NCBI RefSeq assembly: GCF_009914755.1
Contig: NC_060933.1
Source of the DNA: the human T2T-CHM13v2.0 reference genome, Homo sapiens
Direction: 5' to 3' (one strand)
DNA: 64,000 nt
Shown: positions 1 through 15,780 of the stretch, in pieces
Numbering within the stretch: the stretch's first letter is position 1
Layout: each line of letters begins with the position of its first letter
Position numbers and translations under genes: made by a program
The notes under the pieces: generated by a model
What the model saw: only the letters and a program-made list of their open reading frames with translations
What the model was told of the DNA's origin: nothing
The model's database searches: none

Positions 1-2836
1 ATATTTTAATTTTTTCCTTTCTAATTGTTAGAAACTCATGTATTTTATCTTTCAAAGAAAATTTTTTAAAAGGCTTACTCTGCTTATATGTATATTTTGC
101 ACAAAGCTTTCCATTCATAAACAAAAGGTGAATAGGAATCAGAATTGAAAACTACGTAATTTCTTTTCTCCTTTTGAGTCAAATCATCACAGTATAGATT
201 AGTCATTGTGTATGAAGTGCATTGCCAATACATAGTCACATTTGTGTAGAAATGTAAAGGCTATATCTCAATACAAATCAAAAACCAAAAAATGCAGAAG
301 ACCATTAGCTAATAATACTAATAATCTAGTATAGAAAGCATGTGCCAACTGATCTAGACTCTTGTGACAGTTGTATATCTACCCAGCTGCATGACCTGAG
401 GTGTATCAAAATCTTGATTTCCTAGACTACAAATGAGTAAAAGGGATGGAGGCCCCTTACAGTTTTAAGATTCTAGAATTCTAAGTGTGTGTAACTAGAG
501 CAAATTTTATTTTCTAAAATTTGCATAATAAATTTAAAAATAGGAGAAAAACAAATAATTAAAGTACATATTTCTAGAAATCTTTTTTAGGTGACTTATA
601 CTACCAGGAATGGATTTACCACTAAATATTGGTTTTGCCTAATTCAGCATTGCTATGTAATTTGATGGAAGTATAACTCCATAGACAAAGAGATTTGGTC
701 CTAACATAGCTTGTATTTTATATGTATATACACTATTTCTATTTAAATTTCTGTGTAGTCATGTTTTACCCTTTTAAAATGAAGATTAGTTTTATTATGT
801 ATTTTCTTTTGTCTATAAACATTCAATGAATTCACACTGAAAACTGATTATGAACAGATAGTCTGCTAGGCACTAAGGAAACACATACGAAAAACTAAGT
901 CCTCCTCTGCCCTCAATATGCTCACAAGACTACAGTTACTGAAGCCTGACCTCAAAACCTAGCTAGCAAAGTCCTTGAATCAGGTGATAGTTCAGAATAC
1001 CATTCGTGCTCTCTCCCAAGAGTATATCTGAGGAAGGGCAGTTCTTTCTAGTTTTCTACATCCTGGTCGTATAGGTCAACCACAGGAAAATTAAATGAAT
1101 CTATTGTTTTGGTGACCTAGCCTTTTCATATAACTCTCATCTATAAATGTATTACCAAATACTATTTATGTAAAGGGACTTGTATGACAAATATTTTGAA
1201 ATTAAAACCACAATGGTTAGCATAGCTTTTAAATTAGATAGATGTTGACCTCCCATTGGTAAACATATAAAGTGCTACCAAGATCTGCCAATGACAGACT
1301 TTGGAAGTGGAAATTCATCTTTGTAATAATCCTGTTATCTGTAGGCTGACTTCAAACCTTCATAACATTCAGGGCCCCTTATTCCTAACTGTATCTTCTA
1401 TTTTGGGCATTGTGCTCTTGCCATCTAACAGGAAAACAACTTTCAGTGCTGCCACCTTTTGAACAGGAGAGATTTCTAGAGATTAGAAAATTACTAAATT
1501 TAAATATACATAGTTTTAAAATATGATACTTTTCTACCCATGCATTCAAATATATTCTAACTTTAAAATCCTGTAAATACTTATATTTGTAATGATTTTA
1601 CTTATATGATCCAATTAATTGGCAAGAATATGTGGTGAAAGATTTTTTACATGTTTGTATTGTTCTGTGTGAGACATCTATTGTAAGCATTGCTTCAGGC
1701 CCTCATTTTTGTCTGCCTTCCAGGATTTGCTGGCCCAAGTGCTGTGTGCTAGCTTAGTGTCAGTCACAAAGGGGAGGGAAACTTGCAGTTGAGCCAGACA
1801 GTTTTGTTATTCCTTTAAAATTAAAAGCATATGAAACAGATACATCTTATTAAGGTTTTTTTTATAAATAACATAAACTTAAATAACAAAACAATAAGTT
1901 CAAAAACAACTTAATATAGAGTTTAATGCAGTAACCATAGGAAAAAAGCGTGATTATTTGTGGGAAGAACATTATTAAAAGCCATATTCCCAAATATGAA
2001 TTATACAAAGATAGATTATGTTACTTGAAAAAAACTTAAAGATTTCTCAATTTTACTTTGAGGAATTATAAAATGTTATTTAGTGGCAAGTAAGATGAAG
2101 TACAGTATTATCATCAATCACTGTTGCTATCTTATATACAAGATTTTTGGAAACATCCTTTTAGCAATACCCTTTCCACTTGAGCAGCATTAGAAATTTT
2201 GTTCTTGTTAATAGGTATAAGCATGTTCTAATCCTGTACTTTTGTTAAATTATCTATTTTATTGACTTTCATAATAGATTTTTTTGAGAATATTCTTTTT
2301 TTCTGATTAGAGTTTAAGTAGATTATAATTTTTCACTAGAAAGCATTTAAAATGCTGCTCATTTTCCATAGTTAGTGTGGCTTGATTATCTGACAAATCC
2401 TGCCAGCAGCCTGTAGGTCTGATATACCTTATATAACATCATCTGCATTATTATTATTATAGCAGCCATTTTATAAGCAGATAGGAATATTTAAATAATC
2501 ATTATCAGATAATCAAATCTAACATACTCTTAAGGGTAAATTAATTTAAGAAAAAAATTACTATTACTAACATCATGATTGTACAACCAGTTTTACAATT
2601 TTGTACAACCTTTAGTTACTAAATCTGATTTTTGTGTATACTTTTCAAATGTCTCTTTAATGCAGTGTCTTAAAACAAACATAAATGCGCAAGACCAGCT
2701 TGATCAGTTTTTCAGTAGTTTTCCAGCCTTTCTTGATTACTAGAAAATAAAAGGAAAGAAAATTTTGAGAAGAAAGAAAACAGTCCACTTAAAGAAATCT
2801 CCCTGCTGGAACTGGTTCTTTATATACCATATGCAA

Positions 2837-3031
2837 TTAAGTTATTGCCATAGGAAGAAAGTGGGCTGTTTTTTGTTCTTTCTTTGTTTTTTTTCCTCTT
2901 ACAGGAATCCCCTTTTGATTTAAGGCCACAAACATTTCCCCTCCGTTGTTTGTCCATTTAGCTGCTGCATATGTGTTGTAATGGTTTTCCAGAATTAGAT
3001 CTTTGAAGTTACAATCTTCATTGCATTCCTT
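2837..3031 (-). pseudogene. FGF7P: FGF7 (KGF) duplicated copy, last coding exon: [64 protein letters not shown]
   Basis: Hand translation of the minus strand matches the FGF7 C-terminus. Acceptor ttttaacag at 3040-3032, TAA at 2839-2837, no frameshift or internal stop. The AT-rich sequence to the left is probably FGF7 3'UTR. Confidence 0.95.
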
Positions 3032-4118
3032 CTGTTAAAACAAACAAACAAACAAACAAACATGATCCAAATGATTTTTAGAGAGGCTCAATTAAACGAA
3101 GAGTAAGCAGGTAATATTTGGTAGAATTGAAACATACACAACTTTTTTTAACCCTCAGATTGAGCAGGCCTAATGTGGTTTATTAGCTAGACTTATGTAG
3201 TATATTTGCATTAAAAGGTATCTTAAATTTGAAATAGAAACACCACATAATACACAGCTAGTTATGAAATATGTGTAGCTTTTTGGAAGTTCATGTCAAC
3301 TATTCTTTAAAATTAGGACCTATTTCCCCCTAAGTAACAGGCCTCATATTACTATTCCCACATCACTCATTCTTTAACCACTGGAAATTTGCTATAATTA
3401 GCAGAACCTCTGCCTCCCTCAGGTGAGAGACTTGTTTCACAACTTTTCTTTATTTACTTCTACATTGTCTTCAATGGTAATGGAAGATAAAAGGTTAATT
3501 TGTTTGTTCATCCATGCAACCATTTGTTCATTCAGTTAAACCTGTATCATTATATAATTAGCCTGTTCCAGGCATTATGCTGAGCTGTGGGAATATAAAG
3601 GAAAGCCAATTATATTTTATTACAGTGAGATGAACTGTTACATATTTTGCATTGTAGTGAAGTGGGAACAATGTGAATAATTACAGTTCAAAGCCCATGA
3701 TTGTCAGATTGATATTGATGAATGAACTAAACATTTCAAGATTTTTTCCCAAGAATTTTCATGTCAGCAATGTGCAAATTGAGTGAACTTTAACAAAAAG
3801 AGCTTTAATACTGGCAAATGGAAATTTTGGATTTTAAATATCTAAAATGCACATGGAATTTTAGAGCTGGCAGGATCCTTAGAGGTCAGCTAATTCAACT
3901 CATTTTACAGATGAAGAAACCAAAATCCAAAGAACAAGCCATTTGTCCAAAGTCACACAGAAAACATTTTTTCTTAATGTTTGAGTATAAAGTGTTTTAA
4001 TAAAATCATTAAATTATACAGTTGGAGATAAATTAAGTCCATTTTTACTTTTCAGAATGGTGAGATATTTCAACAAAAGAGTTTTAAAAAATAAGCCTAA
4101 GCTATCAATTATCAATAC

Positions 4119-4222
4119 CTTTGCATAGAGTTTTCCTTCCTCGTTCGTTGCAAGATAGAATTCACTTTCCACCCCTTTGATTGCCACAATCCCAACTGCT
4201 ACTGTCCTGATTTCCATGATAT
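4119..4222 (-). pseudogene. FGF7P: FGF7 duplicated copy, 104-bp middle coding exon ([34 protein letters not shown])
   Basis: ORF 4014..4217 matches the FGF7 core. Acceptor ccttgcag and donor AAG|gtattg are intact; 104 bp is the typical FGF middle-exon length. No signal-peptide exon seen in the window. Confidence 0.95.
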
Positions 4223-4524
4223 CTGCAAGGAATCACAGAAAGACATGTCAAGTATTCGTTCAGCTTTGCAAATGATCCACGAATGGCCGTTTGTTCTTAT
4301 TTCTGTTTTAATCGGAAGTTTTTAAAATTTTTAATGTGATTATTTACTCAGCCCAAGACCCCGACCCACAACAGATACACACAAACACCAGAATAGTCAT
4401 TATATAAGGGAAGTGCAAACTGACGGTTTTTTATTTTGTAGAAAATATGTCTGTATCAAATAAATAGTTACATATTTGAGTTCAGCTTTTTATTCTCTAG
4501 AATTAAATTTCTAATTTACTATAA

Positions 4525-4750
4525 TAATAATAGCTAATGTTTATTGAACTCATACCACATGCCAAGGATTATTGCATTGCTCTTATGTATTAACTCATTT
4601 ACTCATAACCACAGATTGAGGCAGGTAGTCTTGTTATCCCAGTTTTACAGATCAGGAAACTGAAGCACAGAGAAACTAAGACATTTGCCCAAATTCTTAT
4701 ACCTGATAAGTAGCAGAACTGGAATTTGAACCCAGACATTCTGGCTCTTA
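4525..4750 (-). mobile_element. MIR SINE
   Basis: ttttacagatcaggaaactgaagcacagag is the reverse complement of the MIR core. Confidence 0.8.
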
Positions 4751-6095
4751 ATCATTATATAATTACTTTTCTATTTGGATAAACTTTATCTTAAAAATTA
4801 TTGCCAACAGAATAGCTCTTGAATATACTGAAAGTGAAGAAAATTCTAATTAAAGTAATTGTAAATGATGGTAAACAGAGCCTACTGCCTTAAAAAAAAA
4901 AGATTGTTTTAAACTGATAGTATTTTGATACATGAAAAGACCATTTAAAACAAAATTATGAATCCTGTTTATATAATACTTCATAACTTTATATCTTTGT
5001 AATTAACTTTTAAATCTTTGTTGAAATAGTATTTACAAAACATGTTTACACAAGAATGATAACTTACTATTTTCCTTTATTATATATATCTTCCTTAAAT
5101 CCTGTGTTTTAATGACACAATAAAGTAAAATCTCAAGAAATTTATTAAAATGATGTAAAAATTTTAGTGTACTTTTATGCAATTTGCTATTAATTACATT
5201 TTCTACATGAAGGTACAGTCCTGAGACATTCTTTTACCTAAGTCTAACACAGTGCAAAGAAAAGTCGAAGTGTCAATTATCTGTGTGATTGGGCCTTCAA
5301 AAGCTATCTTCTAAAATATTGACTTAAAGAAAAAACTAATTGTTTTGCCCCATACCTTCACTTCATTCTCTTATTTATTTTTTTGACTTCATTTTTACTA
5401 CCTGGATAATAAAATTTCTATTCATGTCATTGGGATTTAATGTAGCCTAGCTAATATTTCTCATTTGCCTCACATATATGTTGCATACAGAAGCCCTTTT
5501 CCCAATATACTATACTTAACACTAGTCAGAGCTCGTCCAGTTGAGTTTCACAGCTACTCATCCAGAAATTGGGTTTTATTAAGAAAATGTAAATGAATGG
5601 ATATTAATCTTTTTATATATTTATTAAGCATTATCACAACCCTACTGTGCATACAACCCTACTGTGGTTTTAGGACACAAATTAAGAAAAACAGCCCTGG
5701 TTTCTGACACCAGAAGTTAAAACCTAATAGAAAGAGCAGACACGTCCATATATTTTGAAGAATTTTGAAGAACACAGGCCTGAATAGGCCAGAGAAAATT
5801 TTAATAATTGCTTACAAGCACATGAAGGATTATGATGTTGATGCATTCATGAAATGTTCAACAGGTCTTCACTGAGAGCCAATTTTATGCTAGGCTCAAT
5901 TCACAGACAAGCCTTGCCCTTTTAGAGCACTCTATTTGGTAACTACAGCTTCATTGCATTAAAGGAAGCACAAAGGGAAATAACATGCAGAAGAATACTA
6001 TTAGGTTAAATTTGTACTAATACAATGAAAAATACTGAAGAAGTTCATTGATTCAGCATATTTGCAATACCTCCAAAATGGAATGAATGTATCAG

Positions 6096-6174
6096 TTAGG
6101 TCGGTGCAAGAGTAATTGTGGCTTTTGCCATTACTTATATGACAAAAACTGTAATTACCTTTGCACCAAACTAA
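6096..6174. mobile_element. MADE1 (Hsmar1-derived MITE)
   Basis: ~80-bp palindrome ttaggtcggtgcaagagtaattg...gtaattacctttgcaccaaactaa followed by TA. Confidence 0.9.
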
Positions 6175-6589
6175 TATTTAAAAGACATATGGAATAGTTG
6201 GTTTCTAAAGATCTTAGCATTGTAAAATATCATTAAAAAGTCAATATTTTCTTTTCCTTCAAGTCTCTTTACTCCTGCCATTCCTCCCTTTATTTAATAT
6301 ATTTTCTTTTAGATAAAAAGAGAATGCTGATGCACAAGCTTAGAGTGTCTTTCTTGATCAGTTATTAGGGACTAGAATCTGTAATGTTTGCTGGCTTTTC
6401 TTTTACAGAACAATTGTAAAACATAAATGTTGACTGATAGAGTTATTATTAATTATGATAGGCAGACATCTTCCCTTTTTGGTCCTGTCATGACAATAAG
6501 TTCATATTGTCCCACTCCCAAAACATTTTCCTCTATCCCCTGCCTGTCTATTGCCCACTGTTTCTATACTGCACTTTACAAGAGGTGAT

Positions 6590-7158
<569 letters not shown>

Positions 7159-7435
7159 CTACGTTTGGCTGAGATGAGAACAGACTTATATTCTTAATTG
7201 CTTGACATATTTAAAAAATACCATTCACACTAGGAAATCAACATATCTAAAAGACAATTGCTTGGGGAGAGCATTAAGCAGTGTTGGCAGAATCAGTACC
7301 TTATCAACCCTATTTTCTAGTCTATTTTGTTCCATGTCCTACGACCCTCTTTTATTCAAGAAAAGCTCAAGAATAAAGAAATTAACATTATCACTCTTTT
7401 GTTCAGTTGCAGTGTGGGGAGTGACGTTCCTTTCA

Positions 7436-7803
<368 letters not shown>

Positions 7804-8999
7804 CTATGAAATCCTACCCCTCCAAATCAGAAGCCACGAAGTTGCTCAGAAAACATAATAGAAAAATATGTAATATGCAGATATTAAGTTAGTTACCAAT
7901 ATAAGTTAATTATACTTGGTTTTTTTGTCTACAGTGTATCCGTTGCCTCATATAAAACAAATAGAAGAGGCTGTCTTTCTTTGTGGATTTCCATTTGTGC
8001 TTAAGAGAAGTTTGTTCACATAAATAGCACTCAGTAAATTTATTCCCAGAGATTTAAAGCATATTACATAGATGCATCCAATTGTTGACATAATGTCCAT
8101 GATAACATAATGACAGAGTTCAAAAATATAAATGAAAAAGAGAGAGAGAATCAGCTCATGCAATAGAACATGAAAAACCAGGCAATATGTCAAGCACATT
8201 GACCATTTTGCCTTGTTAGCAATATTGTCAACAATAGCATAAATTTATTATTTAGGATGTCACCCTTACACACTAGAGACTATGCCCTAAATAGCTTCCC
8301 TATTTTTTATCATCTGGTTCAATAATTCATGAATTTATCTAAACTTTTTGTCTGTTTATTATTTAAACCTGTGTCACACTTGGAATGAAAAGTGGGGAAC
8401 TTTGATCTAAATTGCAATTACTTTTTAAAAAAATTCTCTAAAGTCTTTCAGAATTTTAGGTGTCCCTCTAATCTTGTATTTCAGAAGTTGATACTAATTC
8501 TTTTTTTAATTACCAATAGCTTTGTGATTTTAAAGTGCTTTAACTTTCCTGTTTGAAAAATTACTTTTTAGTGTCTCACTACACAGAATCCATGGCCACC
8601 AATCTCAGCATCATTAATATTTCTTTTTCCTGAAACTGTTAAAGCCTTATATTTAAAGTTTTGAAGGGGTATATATTAATATGGCTGTGCTAGCATGATA
8701 ACTAAATATTTTCAAGTTGCAAAAAAAAGTGGAGGCAGCGGTTTGATAGTTAGCCAGTCAGAACATTTAATCTTGTCCTTGATCAAATATACCCTCTTCG
8801 GCATGTTAAAACTAAGAACTAGTATCAACAAAGAAAAAAACATTTAAATTTAAATACATTTTATGATTTTCTGTCAAGCCTGGATTGTTGAGTGGGAAAT
8901 CTTAACCATTATATATTTATATTATGTTTAAGGCTATAGATTCCATTCATTTTACATCACTAAAATACACCGACATATACATATATGCAAAAAATATAT

Positions 9000-9600
9000 C
9001 AATATATCCAACATATACAAAAAACACTGAAAACACAACAATAGGAAAAAAAAACTAGTTAAAAAGTGGGCAAAATCTGGACACCTCACTAAAGATACAC
9101 GAAGGGCAAATAAGCAGACGAAAAGATGCTCAATATCATAGATCATCAAGGAATTGCAACATGGATGCAGCCGGAGGCCATTATCCTAAGCAAATTAACA
9201 CAGGAACAGAAAAATAACTACTGCATGTTTTCACTTATAACTGGGAGCTAAACACTGGGTACTTAGGGACATAAAGATGGCAACAACTGACACTGGGGAC
9301 TACTGGCGGGGAGTAGATGAAGGAAGGGTTGAAAAACCATTAGGTACTATGCGCAGTACCTGGGTGATGGGAGCAATCATACCTCAAACCTCAGTATCAC
9401 ACAATATACCCAGGTAACAGACCTGCACATGAACCCCCTGAATCTAAAATAAAAGTTGAAATTATTTAAAAAGGAATTGCAAATTAAAACAACAACAATG
9501 AGATACCTCTATACAACTATTAGCATGACTAAACTCCAAAAAACTGACAGTGCTGTATGCTGGCAAGGATGCAAAGCAACCAAAACTCTTTCATTAAACA
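9000..9600 (+). mobile_element. Old L1 ORF2 fragment interrupted by a younger L1 3' end (9160-9470)
   Basis: L1 3'UTR motifs; TSD aaggaattgcaa at 9148-9159 and 9471-9482. Confidence 0.8.
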
Positions 9601-10631
9601 AGTTTCAACAAAGTTAAAATCATTTAAGTCATGTAAAGTATATCAAACTTCTCCTTTGAGCAGGCCTCTGTGCTGAGCTCTATGGTCAACTAAAGACTCT
9701 GTTGTTGCTCAGCTACACAGGGCTGATCAGGGCTAGAAGCCATTATGCCCCACACATATGTGCAGACTTGATCTTGTCTCCTGGCCTAAGGTAGGCTTAA
9801 ACAAAGCTTAGTGGAGTCCCTGGTCAGCTGCTGGTGCTGGGTGGGGACCAGATGTACTCTCTGCAGAGAAGTGCTGACGTTCACTTGCCTTCTAGCCTGG
9901 GCAATGCTGTAGAAAGCACCAGGTCTATGTAGGAAAGCTGGCGAGGGATGCGAGCTGGGTACACCTGTCAGCTGTACTTCCTGTGGTACAACGCTGTTGG
10001 CTAGTCTCTCTCATATGATGCCTCCATTAGCCAGAATGCAGACTAACTACATGCTAGTCTCTGTGAGATCTACTCCCATTCTTTGTTTCTAGCTGACTCC
10101 AGGTGGTCTAGCCCCGATGGCACTCCTAATGTTTCCTGTGGTATAAGACAAGAGTGAGCCTTCTGTGAAGGGTCCTAGAATGGTGGGCAAGCTGAACGTC
10201 CACCTCCAACTTTCTTTTCCCACTGTAGAAATAGTGGGTCCGGTGAAATCCTCTGTGTGTCGTGCTGTGCCAGCTTGGTGGAGGGGTGGCATGCTCAAAA
10301 TGAACTGTTCCTCTTACCCTTCAAAGCACAGCTTTTCCTAGTTCTGCAGTACAATTGGGTGTCTCAGTCTCACCCCTGAGTTCTGGGATATTCAGAAAGG
10401 TATTCTTGCCTGTGGATAGTTGCTAGTTGGATTTCCGTGTGGGGGTGTGGAGCTGGAGAAATTCTATTCTGCCACCTTGTGAAGTCATTCTCTGGAATAA
10501 TTTTAGATTTACATAGAGTTGCAAAGATGGTAAAGACAGTTTCTATACACTCTTCACTTAGTTTCTTCTGATGTTAACCTCTTACGTAACCATGGCACAT
10601 TTATTAAAAATGAGAAATTAACATTGTATAA

Positions 10632-11000
<369 letters not shown>

Positions 11001-11414
11001 TAATTTCTTCTCTTTGTTCCCAGGTACCATCCAGGATCTCATATTGTGTTTAGTCTTCATGTCTCCTTAGTCTACTTCAATTAGGGACAATCTCTCTGTC
11101 TTTCCTGGCTTTGACACTTTGAAGACCACTGACCAGATATTTTTTAGAATGTGCATCAAATGATTTGGGTTCATCTGATGTTTTCTCTTGATTAAAGTGG
11201 GGTTGTAAATTTTGAGGAAGAATTTCACATAGTTGAAGTGACCTTCCCATTGTGTCACGGTGGTGTGAGGTAGCCATATGACTTTTCATTGTTGATGTTA
11301 AGCTTGATTACTTGGCTATGTTGGTGACTTGATGGTTTCCTCCACTACAAAATTACAGTTTTTACTTTTCCGTATTCCATTTCTTAAAAGTCAGTCATTA
11401 AGACCAACCTGCAA

Positions 11415-11724
11415 GACTGGGCACAGTGTCTCATGTCTGTAATTCCAGGACTTTGAGAGACCAAGGTGGGCAGATTGCTTGAGCCCAGAAGTTCAAAACC
11501 AGCCTGGGCAACATGATGAAACCCCATCTCTACAAAAGTTACAAAAATTAGCCAGGTGTGGTGGAGTGCACCTGTAGTCTCAGCAATGTGGGAGGCTGAG
11601 GTGGGAGGATCACTTGAGTCTCGGTTGTTGGGGTTGCAGTGAGCTGTGATTGCGCCAATGCACTTCGGCCTGGATGACAGAGGAAGACCTTATCTCAAAA
11701 ACAAAAACCCAAACCACAAAAACA
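11415..11724 (+). mobile_element. AluJ-like
   Basis: Diverged Alu dimer. Confidence 0.85.
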
Positions 11725-12605
11725 AGACTAACTTGCAAGCCACATGAGGGGAATTCAACTTCACCTTAATTCAAAATCACCACAGTGATTAACAAATATT
11801 TAAAGAATTTTTCAATGGTTATAGAATTCTGGGTTGATAGGTTTTTAAAAATTCTTTTATGACTTCAAAAGTGTCACTTCGTTTCTTGCTTGCATGGTTT
11901 CTGATATGAAGTCAGCTCCCATTCTTAACCTTGTTTCTTGTTTGATAATGTCTTTTTTCCTCTAACTTCCTCAAGATGTTTCTCTTTTGAGAAAAATGAG
12001 AGATTTTCAGTTTTTGTGTTGATTTCTCTTTGTCTCTGGTTTTCAGCAATTTGAACACATTCCATGTCACTTTAAGAGTTCTTCATCAGGGGTCACTGGA
12101 CACGCGTCACAATTAACAAAGGGGAACACATTCTCCAAATGTATTCTGTTTCCCCAGGAAGCCAGCTGGAAATACAACAAAACGCCTCTCCCGCTCCTTT
12201 AGCAAAACACGTGTCAGAGCAACGCAAGATTTGATTGGGACTGCTTTACTTCGTTAACAATTACAGTGAGCTGTTTTTTTTTTCTAGTAACAACCCAGTA
12301 ATAGTTATTAAATTATTTGGAGCTAAATAAGTGTAATGGTAATTTTCATTTAAATTTTGCTATATGGTAGCTTAGAGCATCTTACCTGTACACAGTTCCA
12401 AAGGCAGAAAACCTAAATTAAATTAACATATAAAAAATTAACATAGATGTATCATTACAGGTTCTCAAAACCATCATAAATGGCTCTATTTTACATCTCT
12501 GAGCTCTTATATGATGTTTCCTTTAACTATGTCATAAGATCTAAGACTATGGTTTGAAATATATACCTACTATAAAAAAGTAAGCCTTCCTGCTAGTGTC
12601 AATAG

Positions 12606-12923
<318 letters not shown>

Positions 12924-13054
12924 AAACCCTATTTTCAAATGCATATTTGCATTCATAATAACCCGTGAATACATACATCTATTGATCTATGTATTCATGC
13001 ATCTCTATATGTAAATGTCTGTCCAAAATGCCACTATATATATATTTATATATT

Positions 13055-13435
13055 AAACTTTTATTTTAAGTTTGGGTTACATGGGCAGGTTTGTTATATA
13101 GGTAAACGCATGTCATAGGGGTTTGTTGTACAGATTATGTCATCTCTCAGGTATTAAGCCTAGTAACCAATAGTTATTTTTTGTACCCCTTTCCCTCCTC
13201 CCACCCTCCACTCTCAGGTAGGCCCCAGTGTGTGTCACTGCCCTCTATGTATCCATGTGTTCTCATCGTTTAACTCCCACTTGTAGGTGAGAAGATGCGG
13301 TATTTTGTTTTCAGTTCCTGTGTTAGTTTGCTAAGGATAATGGCCTCCAGCTTCATCATGTTCCTGAGAAGGACATGATCTCATTCTTTTTTATGGTTGC
13401 ATAGTATTCCACTATTCCACGGTGTGTATGTACCA
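13055..13435 (-). mobile_element. L1PA/PB 3' end
   Basis: Antisense L1 3'UTR (ttacatgggcaggtttgttatataggtaaac...). Confidence 0.85.
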
Positions 13436-14390
13436 CAATATGTTAAATTTTAGTTTATTACAACTTTTATGCAACACACAATGGCAAGATGAATCAGATC
13501 AGAAGATAAACAATTGAGTGTGAAAAGACAGCAGTTTTTTTCCTGTTTTATTGTCTGCAGATGTAATTTTCAACGAGAATACATTTTATTGCATTAGTAG
13601 TACTTTTAGAAGACACATCAATATGATGCCCAGGCTGGTCTTGAACTCCTGGTCTTAAGCGATGCTCCCTCCTAAGCTTCCCAAAGTGGTAAATTGTACT
13701 TCCTGAGGGCATAGAAAAGAGACATAGAAGCAAGTGAAATTGGTATTACCCTTTTTTCTGTTACTCTTTATTAGTAAAACAAATTAGGTTTTTCTTTCCT
13801 TGGTTTTCATGTGTCCAAGCTCCTTTCTCTTTCATTTCACATGTGCACAAATATAATAACATACACTTTTGAACATCAAAAGTTGAATGATGAAAGATCA
13901 TTCGTTAGCCCAAATCAACCTGCACATGACTTTTTTTTTATTCCGCTGAGAGTTAGCCTGTGGAAAGGTGGCAGGGTTTCACTGCATTATCCCCTGCAGA
14001 TGGAAAGGTCAATGACAACATGTGTAATTGCTTCAGTCCTGATTTTCTACCTACACTTTCTGCTTCAGGGTTGTTTCACCTGACCAAGGCAGTTTCTGTG
14101 GCAGCAGGTCCTAGCTCTCTCAACCAGGTCCACTGACAAAGCCACTTTGCTGAGTGGCCAATTTGCTGATGACTATTTTGTTAAATTTGTTTCTGCTATT
14201 TAAGGTTGACATATTTTCTTGTGTCATAGTCTCAGCAAAAGTGAAGGGATGGCTGGTCTATCTCTGACCTGGCTTTCTGCTTTGACAGATGGAAGCTAAA
14301 AGAAAAAAGGAAAAACTGATGGTGCAAAAGATAAACATATTTATATGAATTTATTCGTGAATAAAATGATTTATTTTTAAAATATATTCT

Positions 14391-14759
14391 TGATATGATT
14401 TGGCTGTGTCCCCACTCATCTTAACTTGTGGTTCCCATAATCCCCATGTGTTGTGGGAAGGACCCAGTGGGAGGTAATTGAATCATGGGGGCGGTTACTT
14501 CCATGCTGCTGTTCTCATAATGGTGAGTGAGTTCTCACGAGAACTGATGGTTTTATAAGGGCCTTTTCTCCGTTTGCTCAGCACTTCTCCTTTCTGCCGT
14601 CATGTGAAGGAGGACATGTTTGCTTCCCCTTCTGCCATGATTTTAAGTTTCCTGAGGCCTCCCCAGCCATGCTGAACTGTGAGTCAATTAAAGCTCCCTT
14701 TTACAAATTACCCAGTCTCGGGTATGCCTTTATTAGCAGCGTGAGAACGGACTAATACA
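14391..14759 (+). mobile_element. THE1 (MaLR) solo LTR
   Basis: tgatatgatttggctgtgtcccc...gactaataca with 5-bp TSD attct at 14386-14390 and 14760-14764. Confidence 0.9.
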
Positions 14760-15319
14760 ATTCTTCCAATGAATATATTCTTCTCATTGATAAATGCTTG
14801 ATGTAAATGCTTAATTTTTCCTCTAGCTGCCTTCAAGATTTTTCTCATTGTCTGTGGTTTTCAGCAATTTGGATACCTTACATATCATTTTTGTGAATCT
14901 TCCACAGAGATCAGTGGACACATGTGGCACAAAGAACATGTGAATTAAGAATGCACTCCTGAATAACATATTTTACATATGTATTATTGAGTATATTCTT
15001 AAATATAAATAATTTCTTATGAATATATTTTGATTAATAAATATATTAATAAATATTAACTTATGCATATTCTTCTTATTCAAAAATATGTTCTTATAAA
15101 TATATTAATTACTCCCTCTCTCTTCCCCCTAGTCTCCAAAGGTAACATCAGGGGCCAGAACAGAGACACAGAAATGTTCCTTAAAATGTCAAAATGAAAT
15201 ATTGTCTATTAAAACAGAAGAATTAAAATAAACAAGAGAAGTTGGGCATTGGTCATCTGATGGTTGTAACCTCCAGCTTTCCCAGGAAAAAAAAAAAGAC
15301 ATGAAAAAAAAAAAAACCT

Positions 15320-15780
15320 TAAATGCCCATCGCTAAGTGAAAGAAGCCTATCTGAAAAGACTACATACTGTGTAAGCCGAACTATATGACATTCTTTAAA
15401 AGGCAGAAAGATGAAGACAATGAAAAGTACAGTTGTTGCCAGAGATTTTCGGGGAGAAGGAGGGATCAATAGGTGGAGCACAGGGGATTTTTAGGGCAGT
15501 GAAACCATTCTGTAAAATATCATGATGGATATATGACCTTATACATTTTCCAAACCCATAGAATGTACAACACAAACAGTGCACCTTAATGAAACTGTTA
15601 ATTTTAGTTAATAATAATAATGTATCAATGTTGGCTCATTAATTGTAACAAATATACCAGACGAATGCAAGATATCTTAATAATAGGCATGATGAGCTAG
15701 GGAGGGTTTAAGGAACTCTCTGTATTGTCTGCTCAATTTTCTTGTAACTGCCTCCCAAAATAATGTCTTTTTATTAAAGG
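15320..15780 (+). mobile_element. L1M 3' fragment
   Basis: ctaagtgaaagaagcc...gactacatactgtg...ccatagaatgtacaaca motifs. Confidence 0.7.
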
